Source: Azolla caroliniana (lineage: Eukaryota > Plantae > Polypodiophyta). Taken from it: a stretch of DNA of 64,000 nt. Below are positions 47,815 through 60,800 of the stretch, one piece after another. The first letter of the stretch is position 1, and each line of letters begins with the position of its first letter. The translations under genes were made by a program, and so were the position numbers. The notes below the pieces were generated by a model. It saw nothing but the letters and a program-made list of their open reading frames with translations. It ran no database searches and was not told where the DNA came from. The stretch covers positions 6,634,001 through 6,698,000 of the forward strand of contig JBHGNT010000003.1 in the NCBI GenBank assembly GCA_043228905.1. Reading direction: 5' to 3'.

Positions 47815-48080
47815 GAGTTCAGAGATCAGAAGTCCTGGAGATCGAAGATTCAGAAGGCAAACAGATCGGAGATCAGAAGCCCTGCCGATCGAAGATTCAG
47901 AAGTTAAGCAGATCAGAGATCAGAAGCCCTGGAGATCGAAGTTTCAGAAGGCAAGCAGATCGGAGATCAGAAGTTCAGGAGATCGGTGATCAGAAGGTCA
48001 GGGAGATTGAAGATCAGAAGTGCAGGAGATCGGAGATCAGAAGTGCAGGAGACCAGGAGATCAGAAGGCAAGGATATCGG
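47815..48080. repeat. GATC-rich ~21-23 bp tandem repeat upstream of the Treslin-like gene
   Basis: About a dozen copies of (G/C)AGATCGGAGATCAGAAG variants. Confidence 0.85.
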
Positions 48081-48428
48081 TCAGGTATACCCGTCACCGC
48101 CAGTCACATCCGAATGCGGTGCTGCTCTTTCTTGCGTTAGATGCTCTCGCGTAACGGATCCTAAAGAAACTGTGGCAGCAAGAGGGACGGCCGTCACCGT
48201 GCAGAGCGGCGCAGGCTTCCTCTCAGAGAAGATCTTCGGAAAGAAAGAGAGAAACGAAGGGAAGAAGATGAAGACGTCCGCGTTTTCTGTGAACGAGCCT
48301 CGATCTCCCTGCGGAACGAAAGAGTGAAGCGGAAGCGAGGCATATAGAAAGAGAATAAAGGGGAAGGCCATTCCATATATAGAGAAACCGAAAGAGAAGA
48401 AATTGGAAGTTCGTATCTGCCTCAGAAG

Positions 48429-51400
48429 ATGTCCATTGTTGCTTCCGTGAAGGAAATTGAGCGGTTGGTTGTGGTGATAGACATCCACGCTTGGCTTTCT
48501 TACCCTAATCCATCGGACCTATCACTTCTTCTTCAACAAACAGTTAGAAAACTCCTTCTTTCTGTATCTCCATTCTGTCGCTGGGGATTTAAACTCTTCG
48601 ATTCTTCACTTTCCCCATTCTCTTCTCGATGTAAGATTAAGAAATTGTTGGGAAGCTGGGCGATTTCTACAAGATTTGATTCCGTTCTTCCAGGGGGGGA
48701 TAATTCTCCTTCTCTTCCAGAAGTTCTCTCTCAGTTCTGCTCAGCTCTTAACTGTCTTCATGCAGAGCTTCAGAAGAATGCAAACAAAGACATAAATTCA
48801 CAACACGAAGCTTCTGTAGAGGTTTCTAAGGCTACTTATGTCGCTTCTTCTCTACAAGAGCTCATTGTCGACTGTGTTTGGAATCCATTTCTTCATTCTT
48901 TTGAAGATATTTCTGCTTCAGCTTTTTCTTCTAGTGACAATGATGCCATTGCTGCTGTACAGACTAATTCTAACTTGGTAATCTTTATCTCTACTTTACC
49001 TTCCTCTCGTGTAGATCTCAACCATTTCCTTGGTCTTAAATCTTCTTCTCAAGAAACAGATTTTTTGTCATCATTCTCGTCCACTTTCAAGAAAGTGAGA
49101 GAATCATTCTTTTCAAATAACATCCATGTCTGTTGGATCGATATACCTATGAATATTTCGACTCTCGACAATCCTCAAGGGATTATATGCAATGAATCAA
49201 CGTATTGTAAATATCAGCTAAGCATCTTATTAGATCACTTAGGATGGTCTTTCTCATCTTTAGATGTATTATTTAATGGACTTAGGTTATTGCCATTTTC
49301 TGTACTGTGGAATGGCCTCGCACATCCATGGTTCCACTATTGTACTAAAAAAGCTTCATTTGGACCTTATAAACTTTGTATGCAAGTCAGAGATGTGAAG
49401 AATAAGCCGATCAATACAACATTATGCAAGATAGAATGCATCCCAATTGGAGGCAAACATCTCGAGAACAAATTATACCGCAGTGTTCTTCGGATTTCCT
49501 CTACAATACCTAAAAAAGTCTTAAATTTTGCCTTGAATTCTGCTCTTTCACAAGCCATTTTGAAGCCTCATGTCCCTGAGAAGGCAAAGTTTGAAAGTTT
49601 TGAGGGTATGGTTGAGGATGAGAATGATAGGAATTCTCTTGGTGATCATGTATTGGGGCAGATTCAGAGAGAAGGACACTCATTTGAGGTTGGAAAACCG
49701 ATATGGCAACTGTTTCTGGTGTATTTAGCTCGTGAAGAAATCATTGCAACAGTCGACTTACGTGTAAATGGAACATCATATTTTGCCATTATTGAACCTC
49801 TTACTCTTCATCTTGGTTTGCTAAGAGTTTTCGATAAAAAACTTGCTTTTGACTCATTGGGGTGTTTATCCAAAGATACATCAAGCAATCTACAAGAGAA
49901 GTTTGTGTTTGCTATCAATGAAGGTGAAGATAGTAGGCCAGATTCAGAGTTTAATTCTGCAATATCTGTTGAGATTCCTTCTCAGGAAACTCAAATCATG
50001 AAGAATTGTGAAGCTATCCAAGCTACATATGCAACAATTCAATCTGCAGTCAAAAGGAAACTCCCTCCTCCTCTTGGCCATTCCTCTCAAGAACAAGATA
50101 GTAGTGGATGTAGTAATGGAAGGAAAAGAGTGAGGCCATCTTGTCCTGTGAGGACTGATGAAACTTCCCATCCAATGAGACTGGAAGACTTGTATTTGAA
50201 GGGTAATAAAAGGTCCAAGACCTTGAAGGCTTTTAGCTGCTGGATAAAGCAAACCAAGCAAGCCTTGAATTCAATGTCTTCTTTCAATGAAAAATGTACT
50301 GAGGACGTAATCTGTAGTAAGTTAATTATTGAAGATACAAGCTGTAATCAGCCACTTATTCAAGATGTTAACTGTAATCAGCTACCTATTGAGAATGTAA
50401 AATGTATCAAGCTATCAAGCGATATTCCAAATCAATCAGAAGGTCAGCATGCTTTGCTATGCACAAAGACGGAAGATAATGAATCTGGCTTCAATGTCTA
50501 TGAGCATTTTGATACGGGCAAAGAAGTATGTGATTCCATTGAAGTAAGCAGAGACAATAATTCTCTAGATTGCACAGTCTTTGTTGAATCGCAAGTTACA
50601 CAAGATACTTTTAAACCTTCATCCATGGAAGAGGAGGGTTCTCATCACGATGATCTGGATTTAGATGATGCCATGGCCTATATTGCATCTTTAGAGCAGA
50701 AAATTGCTGATTGTCTTTCTTCTACTGAGATTGACCTTCATTGTTTCTGCCAACGTGTGATTAAGGATGCTCACAATGCATTCTCTGTTGTGTTAGGAAA
50801 AGGTTCAGAAATTGAAACTACAAGGAAAGGATTTGTTTCGAAAGAAAGAATTGCTGAGAGTTTAAATCAGTCTCTCCTACAAAATCCCAAAAAACTGGCT
50901 TTCAAATATAAGAATTGTAAACCTCCAAGGTCTGACTCTATAGAAGCGAGATTTGAACTGGATGATGGACATTACACATACACATCAGAGGAGAAACTAA
51001 GAGAGTATCCTAATTGTTCTTGTTCTGATTAAATGGCGATGATTAAATTTAGTTGGAGATTTTCCTAACACTTTGTCATGAAATGTAGGTTTCCTTAACT
51101 ATCTCTATCGCTGCAGATATGAATTACAGATTCTTTTTAGAATGGAGATTATTGCTCTTATTCTAGAATCCCCTGAAATGAGTGATTTAGTGCGTTCACT
51201 TGTGGATGGTATCTGTAGACTTTTGGAGAATATTCAGTTCAATCTTCCCGGGGGTGTTTTGGAAGGAGAAAGCCTTTTTGACTTCAGTAACAATGCCATC
51301 AAGGAGAGGTATGTATATTCATCTTTTCTGGATGTTTTTTTTCCTTATTGACTGTATTTACTCGAGAATAATAAAGGATTACATTCACGATTGTAAACTT

Positions 51401-52633
51401 CATAATTTGGGTGTGAATTGTACCCAAAGTTTTGAAGCCCTTTTGAGTTGGTTTTTCATATTTCGATCTAATAAAATGCCCTCTAGTTTGATTGAATATG
51501 TTTAGTGTCTATCAAGTACCTTAGAATACATACTAGTTATAACAAGCTATATGAAGCCATATATAACCGTTCTTTTTGTACTGATCATTTGAAAACAGCC
51601 AAGTGTTTCTAGGAAACCATTTTTCTGATTTTGAGTTGTATCCCAATCTCGAAAGCTAAATTTCCCAAGGGATCCTTAATGTCCTGACAATTTGAAAAAA
51701 TGGCTTCAAGAGTTGCTATTCATTCGTAAATTTCGGTCATGAGATTAAAGAGTATTGTAACTTATATGATTAAATTTAAGGTATTGATCATATCATAAAA
51801 TTTAAGTCCTTACATATCATAAATATACCGTACATGTGACATAACCTCCTTTGTTATTGTATCAAGCTACGGTTCATTTTGATCAAGGTTCTGCATTGGT
51901 TTTGTTACCAATAGTGCCATACTCTACTTCTTTGTAATCTCAGCTCCTGTTGCATATGATTCTCAGGTATCATGAAAGATTGCCTACCATAGTAGACAAT
52001 ATATACATGACAATGGAGTTCAATGGTCACGATGATTTATCTGATGGTGCAAAGGATACGAGTGAGTTAATTCCCTCAGGCAGTGATGCACCTATCTCCA
52101 TGGGGACAGAAGAGGACAGCTTCAGCAATTCAGATAACCCGTATGATTCTTGTTCTCGAGGAAGAAAGCTGCAAAATCATTCAACTGAAACCTCATTGCA
52201 GAGGAGGGCGTTATTTAGAGGTCAATATAGAGGTGTAACTGGACTAAATTTAGCTGAGCAAGAGTTGCGGCTTGCTGAAGCTAAGAGAGAGAGATCCAAG
52301 AGATTTTCACATTTTGCAAGCTCTTCTAGAGACTTGCTGAGGGTAACAGTGGTTCCGAAGAACAATGTTAATGTGAAAAAGCAAGGTAAAATAAGCTCTA
52401 GGTCGGTTAAATCACATAGATCTAAGAAGGATTGTGATAGAGATCAGGTCATCCTGCAAACACCTTTCCAGTCAGAAAAGAAATCAGGGTCTCAGAGACA
52501 TCGTAGATCTAACAAAGAGATTCGTGATGACACTGAGGTGATCTTGCAGACACCGTTCCAAACATCAGCGAAATCACTGCTAGGTAAAGATCAAGCCTCA
52601 TTAGCAGCAGTGAAGAAGAAACTTCTTGTTTGA
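48429..52633 (+). CDS. TICRR: Treslin/TICRR (Sld3)-like DNA replication initiation factor, ~1144 aa, 3 exons
   Basis: Exons 48429-51004, 51117-51308, 51967-52633 (phase 2, 2). N-terminal RWGFKLFDS resembles the Treslin N-domain. The spliced KLREYELQILFRME resembles the Sld3/Treslin core. There are two C-terminal VILQTP CDK-type sites. Confidence 0.78.
51005..51116 (+). other. U12-type (minor spliceosome) GT-AG intron
   Basis: 5' site GTATCCT, branch site TTCCTTAAC at 51091-51099, CAG at 51114-51116. Removal restores REYELQILFRME. Confidence 0.85.
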
Positions 52634-55600
52634 GCAATTCTGATCAAAGAGGAATTCTCACTATAAATGAATGGAACTGTTAAGATGAGGAATCAGAAGA
52701 AAGTATTTCCATCCATCCATCAATCTCAGTGCAGTGAGGGATAGTCTACTTGTTGGAGCTTTGAAAGGGAGAAATTCCCAAAACAGAAATTAATGGAAGC
52801 TAAGAAGACATCCATCCATCAATAGCAGTGGAGAAGGAATCACATGACCCCACGCTCCTTGTTTGAGAAAGAAATATTTCCCCAACAAGAGATGAGAAGA
52901 ACTGTTTTATGGAAATGCATTGTTTTTGTTGATGGGTTCCTTTCATGGTTTGATAACACATTCAGTGAGCAAACCATGTTCTTTCAATTGAACCAACCAT
53001 GTTGTGGGATGAATCATTTTATATGGATCAACTTTGTTTCTTAGAAACCATCCCCAAAAAGAATTAAAGCAAATTCACAAAACTGTGTTAGGGTTTCCTG
53101 CAAGAACAATGCACTATATTGTGGAGGTAAGTAATAAGACAGTGATATAGACTTGTGTGAGACATTGCTAAGTTGCTTTTCTACCCATACAATGTTAAGC
53201 TGCTACTTGTCTTTGAAGTTTCAGTAAGTCAAATTTTGTGTGATTCTAGCCAGATTTAGAAGTTCATGTCCTAGTATCAAGTAATGTGCATTAAATTTTG
53301 TCAAACCTTGTCATGCTCATTGTGGGTTTCTTGAATTTTAAGTTGATTTAGGAACGATTGTAAATAAACAGTGCCATCTATTGCAATTAGCGCTATTCAT
53401 TTGCTTGAATGGCTTTCAAACAATCGTCCATTGGCATTCATTCATAACATGAGTATTGATATGCATGTGATTAAAATATGCACTCTCAATTTACATAAAA
53501 TCATTGTTCAATATAAGGCTTGTCAAGCTAGATTTTGAGACAAATTTGCTGTGATCTTCCTATGTCTCACTAAAAATCTCCAAAGTTAAAGATGGAGATG
53601 AAAACCTTATGCTTCTTAACACCAACACATCATTGTAAACATGAGGGGTGCATGCAAAGGCTGAAAATCAATGGAGATCAAAATTTCATCTCCTAAATAA
53701 ATGGGGATCAAAATTTATGATTGTCATTGTGTCAACACCAAAACATTCAAGGGGACTTCCTAAACACAAGGGAGATCTCCAAAATGGTAAAAAGTTAAAA
53801 TTCCCCTCACAATGTGGGCTCTCAAAAGTTTATGGGGACATAATGCTCTTTATAGGTAGCACAATCAATACGATGGTATGATTACTTTGAAGCGAGAGCT
53901 AGTATAATATGAGGCCCTCTTAACATGTCGTGCTAGTTTATACGGTTTAGTGGCGGGACAATATAACACAAAGATGAAGCTTTATGAAAGACGCAGAGCT
54001 CCTTATGTTGCATAAGCCCTCTTAACCCGATGAATCTTAACGCCCTTTATAGTTGTGACTAGTGGCCTATACACCTTTATTCTATTCACATTACTTATGC
54101 TAGATAGGGTTCACATTCGTGAGATTAATTAAAACATAAATTTCACATGGACAAGAACGTTTATTTTTTGCAATGAGGTGCTTGTACATACCCATTAGAG
54201 AACATTAAAAATGTAACCTCAAAAGAAAGGATTTATAAGGCAAGGTATTTAGGAACTCATTTCATTTGTCTTTGTCTCTTTGGACAATAAAGTTTGTGTG
54301 GTTTGAAAACTTATATTGTTCTTTGTTTTGAGGTGATGGTTTCTTCGTCATCAACATGAATCTGCGTTAGGACATGACGGCATTTCATTTTATTTAATCA
54401 ATGTCTAATGATTACATACATTTATGCCATTTTACATATGGGAATCATACCATTTAATAATGTACTTTTGCCTCGATGATTTATTCAAGAGCTTCTAGCT
54501 TCCAAGTTCCAACCAAGTGATTTTAAAGAAAATGCTATGAAATCCTCGTAGTCATACTTTACTATAATATAATGTAGTCCAACTTTATCAAGGCACAACA
54601 TATAGTCATTTTAGAGGAGTCAATAGCGGAACTATCAATAGTTTGTTTGGAAGTTCTCTTTAAGGAACTAGACTACTCCGAAATTATTGTATCTCAACTA
54701 GGCCCACAAAAGAATCTCAACTTTTGGAGTCGTTATTTTAGAGAACTTTGTCATAATGTTCACATGGACTCGTTATCATTGGTGGGTGAGAACCTATTGC
54801 TAATATCCTTCCAATAACACATCTATCTACTTAAATGTATTCGGCAACCACTAAGTTCATGTATACTAGTGACTTGTCAAAGACATTCAACTTTTCAACC
54901 CCATCTGGGTTTTTGTCAATACCATTACTATCATCAATTGCAGTGGATGTCACTTTGATTTATCCCCTTCTTTCTTGAATCCATCACTTTACACAGCTAA
55001 GATATTTTCCAATGCCATGACACGAGGCACTTGTTATGTATCGCCACATAGCATGTTTTCTGATAATGAAACATGCTTGCTTTTTGTAGATGCTTTACAC
55101 TTTCTTTCCTTACACAACACGCGGCATTCAAACAACACAATCTGTAAGTTGTTAAAAGTCCATTGTGTACATGAAGTGACACTTTTAAACATCACTTTTT
55201 GACTAAATTCCTCCACCTTTTTGGTCAAAACAATGTAATAGTTTAATAGGTTTCTTGCATTGCTATGAATAAAGGAAATCATACTAAACCACACAATTTG
55301 TGGAGTTGAGCTCAATGCATGTGTGAGTCATAATATTAGTAATTAACCTATATAGAAGGATGTTGGAGGGGATTATCTTCTAGCAAATAGACGTCAGTTA
55401 TTGAAAACATTTTAGGTCTCCTCTTAGGTTTCCCTTGTTTACCTAATTTGTTCTTGCATATTTGTTATAGAAATCTTTACTCACAGAGTCAAAAGCATTC
55501 ATACTTCATGACACCTTATTACAGCATTTTTAAATTCCTCCACGATGAAGAATTTGTGGTCATAGGTATTTCCTTTATTAGAAGAGCATTTTCACTATTA

Positions 55601-57810
55601 AAGTGTTTTTTATTTTTTATTTTTTTTCCCAAAAATAATTACTACTTCCATTAATTAAGTCAATGTACATAGGATAATATACAACTCATATCTTACAGGC
55701 CAACGTGCATGGCTACAAAGAAACCCAATATGTATATAGGAATCGGCAAAAAACTCACTATCACCGCATCAAAATGAATATTTATAAAACATTACAATGT
55801 TATAAATTCACCTTCAGCATGTATTGGAAAACTTAGGATAGAACAGGAAGCTGAAGTTGAAATCAAGAAATATAAACAAGGCGAAAGTAAATCATAACAA
55901 AATATGGTCTGACAAATACTTCTTTATCATTTTCATTTTCTAGGTCAATATTTTGGCTTACACTAGCAAGAAATTCCCCTTTCCTGTTTATCAAGATTTA
56001 TGATCATTAATTCCTTTGAACAAATAAATAATCTAACGAAATCGGGCTTGTATAAAACTTGTTTCATAATTTGTATGAATTGTCGGTTTTCCACGAACAA
56101 GCAGAGAATTTTCCTCGGATTTTCTTTGCACAAAAGAATATTTGTAGTAATAAGAATATCTTAAGTCGAGACAAATCCAATTTTCGAAGGACGGAAAATA
56201 ACTATGCCAAGTGACACCACTCTTTGAGTAGGCCCAACTTATTGCTTGAGTTTTCCTTGTACTTCCTTCTAAAAGTTCTCAACAATGTGTTGAAAAGGAA
56301 ATGTATCTTTTCTCAAAATGTAGAATATTTTATGCTCTCTATTAGGGATACAATTCAAGGAAGAAATCCTTTGTTCTAGAATATTTATCCTTCCTTTCCG
56401 AGCTATCCCATCCGCACACACTTTAAGAAGCTTAAAACAACACACACATTTCTACTGCACACAATTCATCGAGCTCTTTTGTACTAGGACAAAATGTAAA
56501 ATAAATGAACAAATGTTTTGCACAGAACCAAAAAAAATGAAACAACTAAGCACATACCCTCATCTATTTAAATGATGACCCCCCTTTGCACACATTCAAT
56601 TATCTCCTTGCCCCTTTTATTTGAACCGGATATTGTCGTGCTAAGTATACATTGTGTCATGATCATTCTAAATGCTATCAATCATGTGTCCTTTGCTCAT
56701 AGTGCACACATGTTTACACATGATTAATGATTGGTTTTTGGTTACATGATTAGGTAGTTAATTATAAGATCAACCAATCATGTGTCCAATCTCACATGCT
56801 TTGGGGTATGATACTCAAATGAATGGCATTTCTATAAACACGTGTAAATAGATCAATCCATTTGTTGTTACTACAAACACAAGGACATCCCATGGCATAT
56901 GGTTCTTGTTTAGGGTATAATAGATATAATTGCACAAATACTATAATACTACTTTATCTAATCTGGTTCTCATCATCCTTATTGGTAGTACATACACTTC
57001 ATGCGATAATAACTAATGACTAATGTGTAACACAACAATGATGATAAGAACCCATTCATTAACTAAGCTTATGAAGATTCAAAAACTAAAGCGAAATTCA
57101 ATGCATTGCTTTGAACTATGGAGTAACCCTTGACTTGGAACATGGTAACTACACATAATTGTGTATCTTCCTTGAAAAAGGCACAACTCCTCTGTTAAGG
57201 GCAGGTATATCACAAATTAAATCCCTGTACTACTCAATCACTCTTTGATCCCAAAAACTTCAAAGAATCACAAGTCCATTGCAAATCACAAACCAAACTA
57301 ATTCAACAACTCAATAGCAAGAAATTGTAAACATGTGTGAAAAAATTGAGTAAATATATATGTATATTTAATAATGACTAAGAGTCTATATTGGATATAA
57401 TGATCTTTTATCTAATCCTAAGATCTTTCTCCCTCTTTCTTAGAGGAAGAAAATTCATGGCAATGCACATCACTATATATATAACAAAACTCCCTCCTAC
57501 ATGATACAAAACCACAAAGTCCTTCAAGGCCGATGTGGGTAAAAAAGAAACTCCTAAGTGGGCCTTCGCTATAAACAACTTGCATCTCTTCACACAAAAA
57601 AGGTGAGGTGGGGTATAGAATGGTTATGTAAGGGGAATCCAAAAAGGGAAGAAGAATCTCAGGCATCTTCAATTGGGAAAGAAGCCAAACTACTTTTGTG
57701 AATCTCTCTCGAGATATGTGTGATGTATGTATGTATGGATGTGTTATCTATATGTACAAAAGACAATAACATCTTTGTGAAAGGAAAAAAAAAGATAAAA
57801 GAGAACTAGG

Positions 57811-60800
57811 TCATTTCATATTCATCGATGCAGCAATGGCACGAAGCTCCCTCGCAACATCAGAGAATGTTGGCCTTTTGGATGGATCACCTGACCAACA
57901 TTGCTCCATTAGGCTCCTCCATCCAGGGTCACACCAATTTGGTATCGATGGGCGCAATGTATTATTCACAATCCCAGCTGATGCCAAACAAACAAAACAT
58001 ACCTTGATAAATATGCCGCAACATACATAAGAATACATACATACGTATACAAATCCACTTTGTAATTGATGAACCTTTACCTATTATCGCTCCACAATGC
58101 ATGCTTGCATATGGCTCCTCGCCAGTAAGGAGTTCCCACATTACCACTCCAAATGAGAACACGTCAACCTATACAATGATCAAAATGTAATTTTTATGCT
58201 ATATAATTAAGTGTTGCTTGTTTGCATAAATTTATGAATGAATATAACCAATACCTTTTCGGTAACCATATTACCATTTCCAGAGAGTAACTCCGGTGCC
58301 ATCCATGGAAGTGTTCCACGTACACCACCCGACACTAAGGTTTGATGTTTCACTTTAGAAAGTCCAAAATCACCAACCTGTAGAAAACAAAAGCAATACA
58401 ATAAACTTCTAGTTTGAGAGAAAGGGAAACAACTAACCTTTACATGTGAAGAAAACATGTAGAACAGCTACCATTTGATTGATTACCTTGCAGATGGGAC
58501 GATGGGCATCTCTCATGTTCACCAAAAGATTCTCGCATTTCAAATCGAAATGCACGATGTTCTTGCTATGCAAGTATTCCATGCCAAAGGCTGCATCCAT
58601 AGCAATAAAAAGCCGCTTTCTCCTATCGATCGTCCTGTAGCATGGATACTTGTATGTGTTAATGAGGAATTTCACCAAGAAGTTCAAGAAGATAACATGG
58701 TCTTATTCAGCAAATCAGCCACCAGCTTACCTATCTTTTTTGTGTAAAACTTGCTTCAGTGAGCCATTCACCATGTACTCTGTGACGGTTGCCAGAGTTC
58801 CTCCGGGTCCATCTGGCACAACCCCATAAAAGGCAACAACATTTGGATGATGTAACTGACCTAGCGTGCGTGCTTCCTTCCAGAAGTCATTAATCTGTCT
58901 CAACAACCACTGGTTAGGGAACAATACAATTAAAAAACAAGACAAATGTTTATAAGGGTGGATGCATGCATATGCTGGTTTGAGCCGCATATTTACCAAA
59001 CGTTCTCTCTGTGATAGGTCATCGGTGAAGCAACTAGCTCTGATCCGCTTGATGGCAACATCGGATCCTCTCCATTTCCCATGGAATACAGTCCCAAAAT
59101 TTCCTGATCCAAGTTCTTTTAGATCTTCTAGATCTGCGTTTCGGATTATCTGCCATCGAAAGAATTGACAATATTTGGCATCCATTCAAGGTTTTGTAAG
59201 TAATAATAATAAAAACTCTCGACAAATTGACTAACCTGCAAACCATGATCTACGGCTTCTTCTTCAACTTGTGACCCCTTGCTTTCTGCCACTTCTTCGT
59301 CATCCTCCAAGTGCTCAGCGCCAATGATTTCCTGCATAAATCAAAAAATCAGAACCGTCGACTTTTGTGTTTTCTCAATTCTCAGAGAATGAATTGAGAG
59401 AAAGATTCAGTGATGGCTGTTCTTACCTTTAAACCCACTTTTTCGACACTATCTCGTAGCACTAGGATAGTCTCCAAATTCACTTCAGTTTCCACCTTCA
59501 TCCAACCAGTCGCTGTGCTTGCAGACAATATGACCAATGAATCTTCGGTTTGTGTGGCTATAGGATTGAACTGACTATCTTCTAAATTTGAATCTCCCGC
59601 CATCTCAATTTCATTCCCCATATTGATCAGTGATTGGTTGGCTTCTATGTACACCACCACTGGATCTTTATCCTTGTCTTCTTCTTCTTCTGGGAATATT
59701 TCTTCATTTGAGGATGACTCTCCAAGCTCTTTCTCTTCTGCCAGGAATATTCCTTCATTTGAGGCTGAATCTTCTAGCTCCTTCTCTTCTTCCAGGAGTA
59801 TTCCTCGATTTGACGATGAGTCTCTGATTTCCTTGTCATCTTCCAGGGATATTCCTTCGTTGGAGGATGAATCCAGAATTGATGAGATCATTCCATCTGC
59901 CAATAGCTTGGTAACAGACGGTGGTGAGCCAAATAGTTCTTCATTAATGTCATCCGCAAGTTCTGCTCGGGGAGAATCTTCATTGCTAGGTGTGAAGGAA
60001 AATGATGTGGTATTTGTGCTATTTAGGGGGGTTTTGTCATATACAGGGGACACAGGTACATTAAGACAACAGTCATCTACTGTCACTGTAGATATGGGAA
60101 CAGAGTCTGCAGTATGAGCAATGTACGAACTCTCCTCTGTTATAGCTATTGAACCTAAAGGGATAATATCAGGACACAGAAGATGTGTTCCACCAGGTGC
60201 ATATGACAACATTGCATTCTCAACCCAAGCATGAACAGGGGAAGACATGGTAGGAAAATTCTCCAATAGGCCATCTGGCGCATGTTCCTTTGGGGGTTGA
60301 ATGAGGCCACTTTGAAGGATCATAGGTCTTCTCTCACAAGCCACTCCTTCGTTACGAGCTTCAATGGATCTTCTTGCGTCTAATCCTCCAAGCACGTTAC
60401 ATGAATACGCTACTCCATATTCATTCTCAACACATCGTTTTCCCACAAAATCTCCAAATGCTTCCTCTTTACTAATTATAAGTTTTGAGAAGATTTCCCC
60501 ATTCAGCTCAAATCCTTTTCTCTGCTTCCCAGGCTCTGGCATCTGATTCTTTCTATTTGTGACGGAAGAATCAGTATCTCCCATAACTAGCTGGCATCTA
60601 TGAAAACAAATGCTACAAAAACATTTCCTTCTTGTGTCATAACATTCATGAGATGGTGGTGCAAAAGTTGCATACTCAGGAGCGAGATCAGTGTAATGTA
60701 AGGCACAGTCTATTGGTTGATATGCTGAGACTTGACAGTCTCTAGATGCTCTCCCATGAACATGGCACCAAGGATTGCCAATCGGATGATCTCTACAGTT

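Noticed and set aside
53600-56900. Possible transposase remnants and small palindromic elements between Treslin and the kinase
   Set aside because: Too degenerate to assign a family or boundaries.
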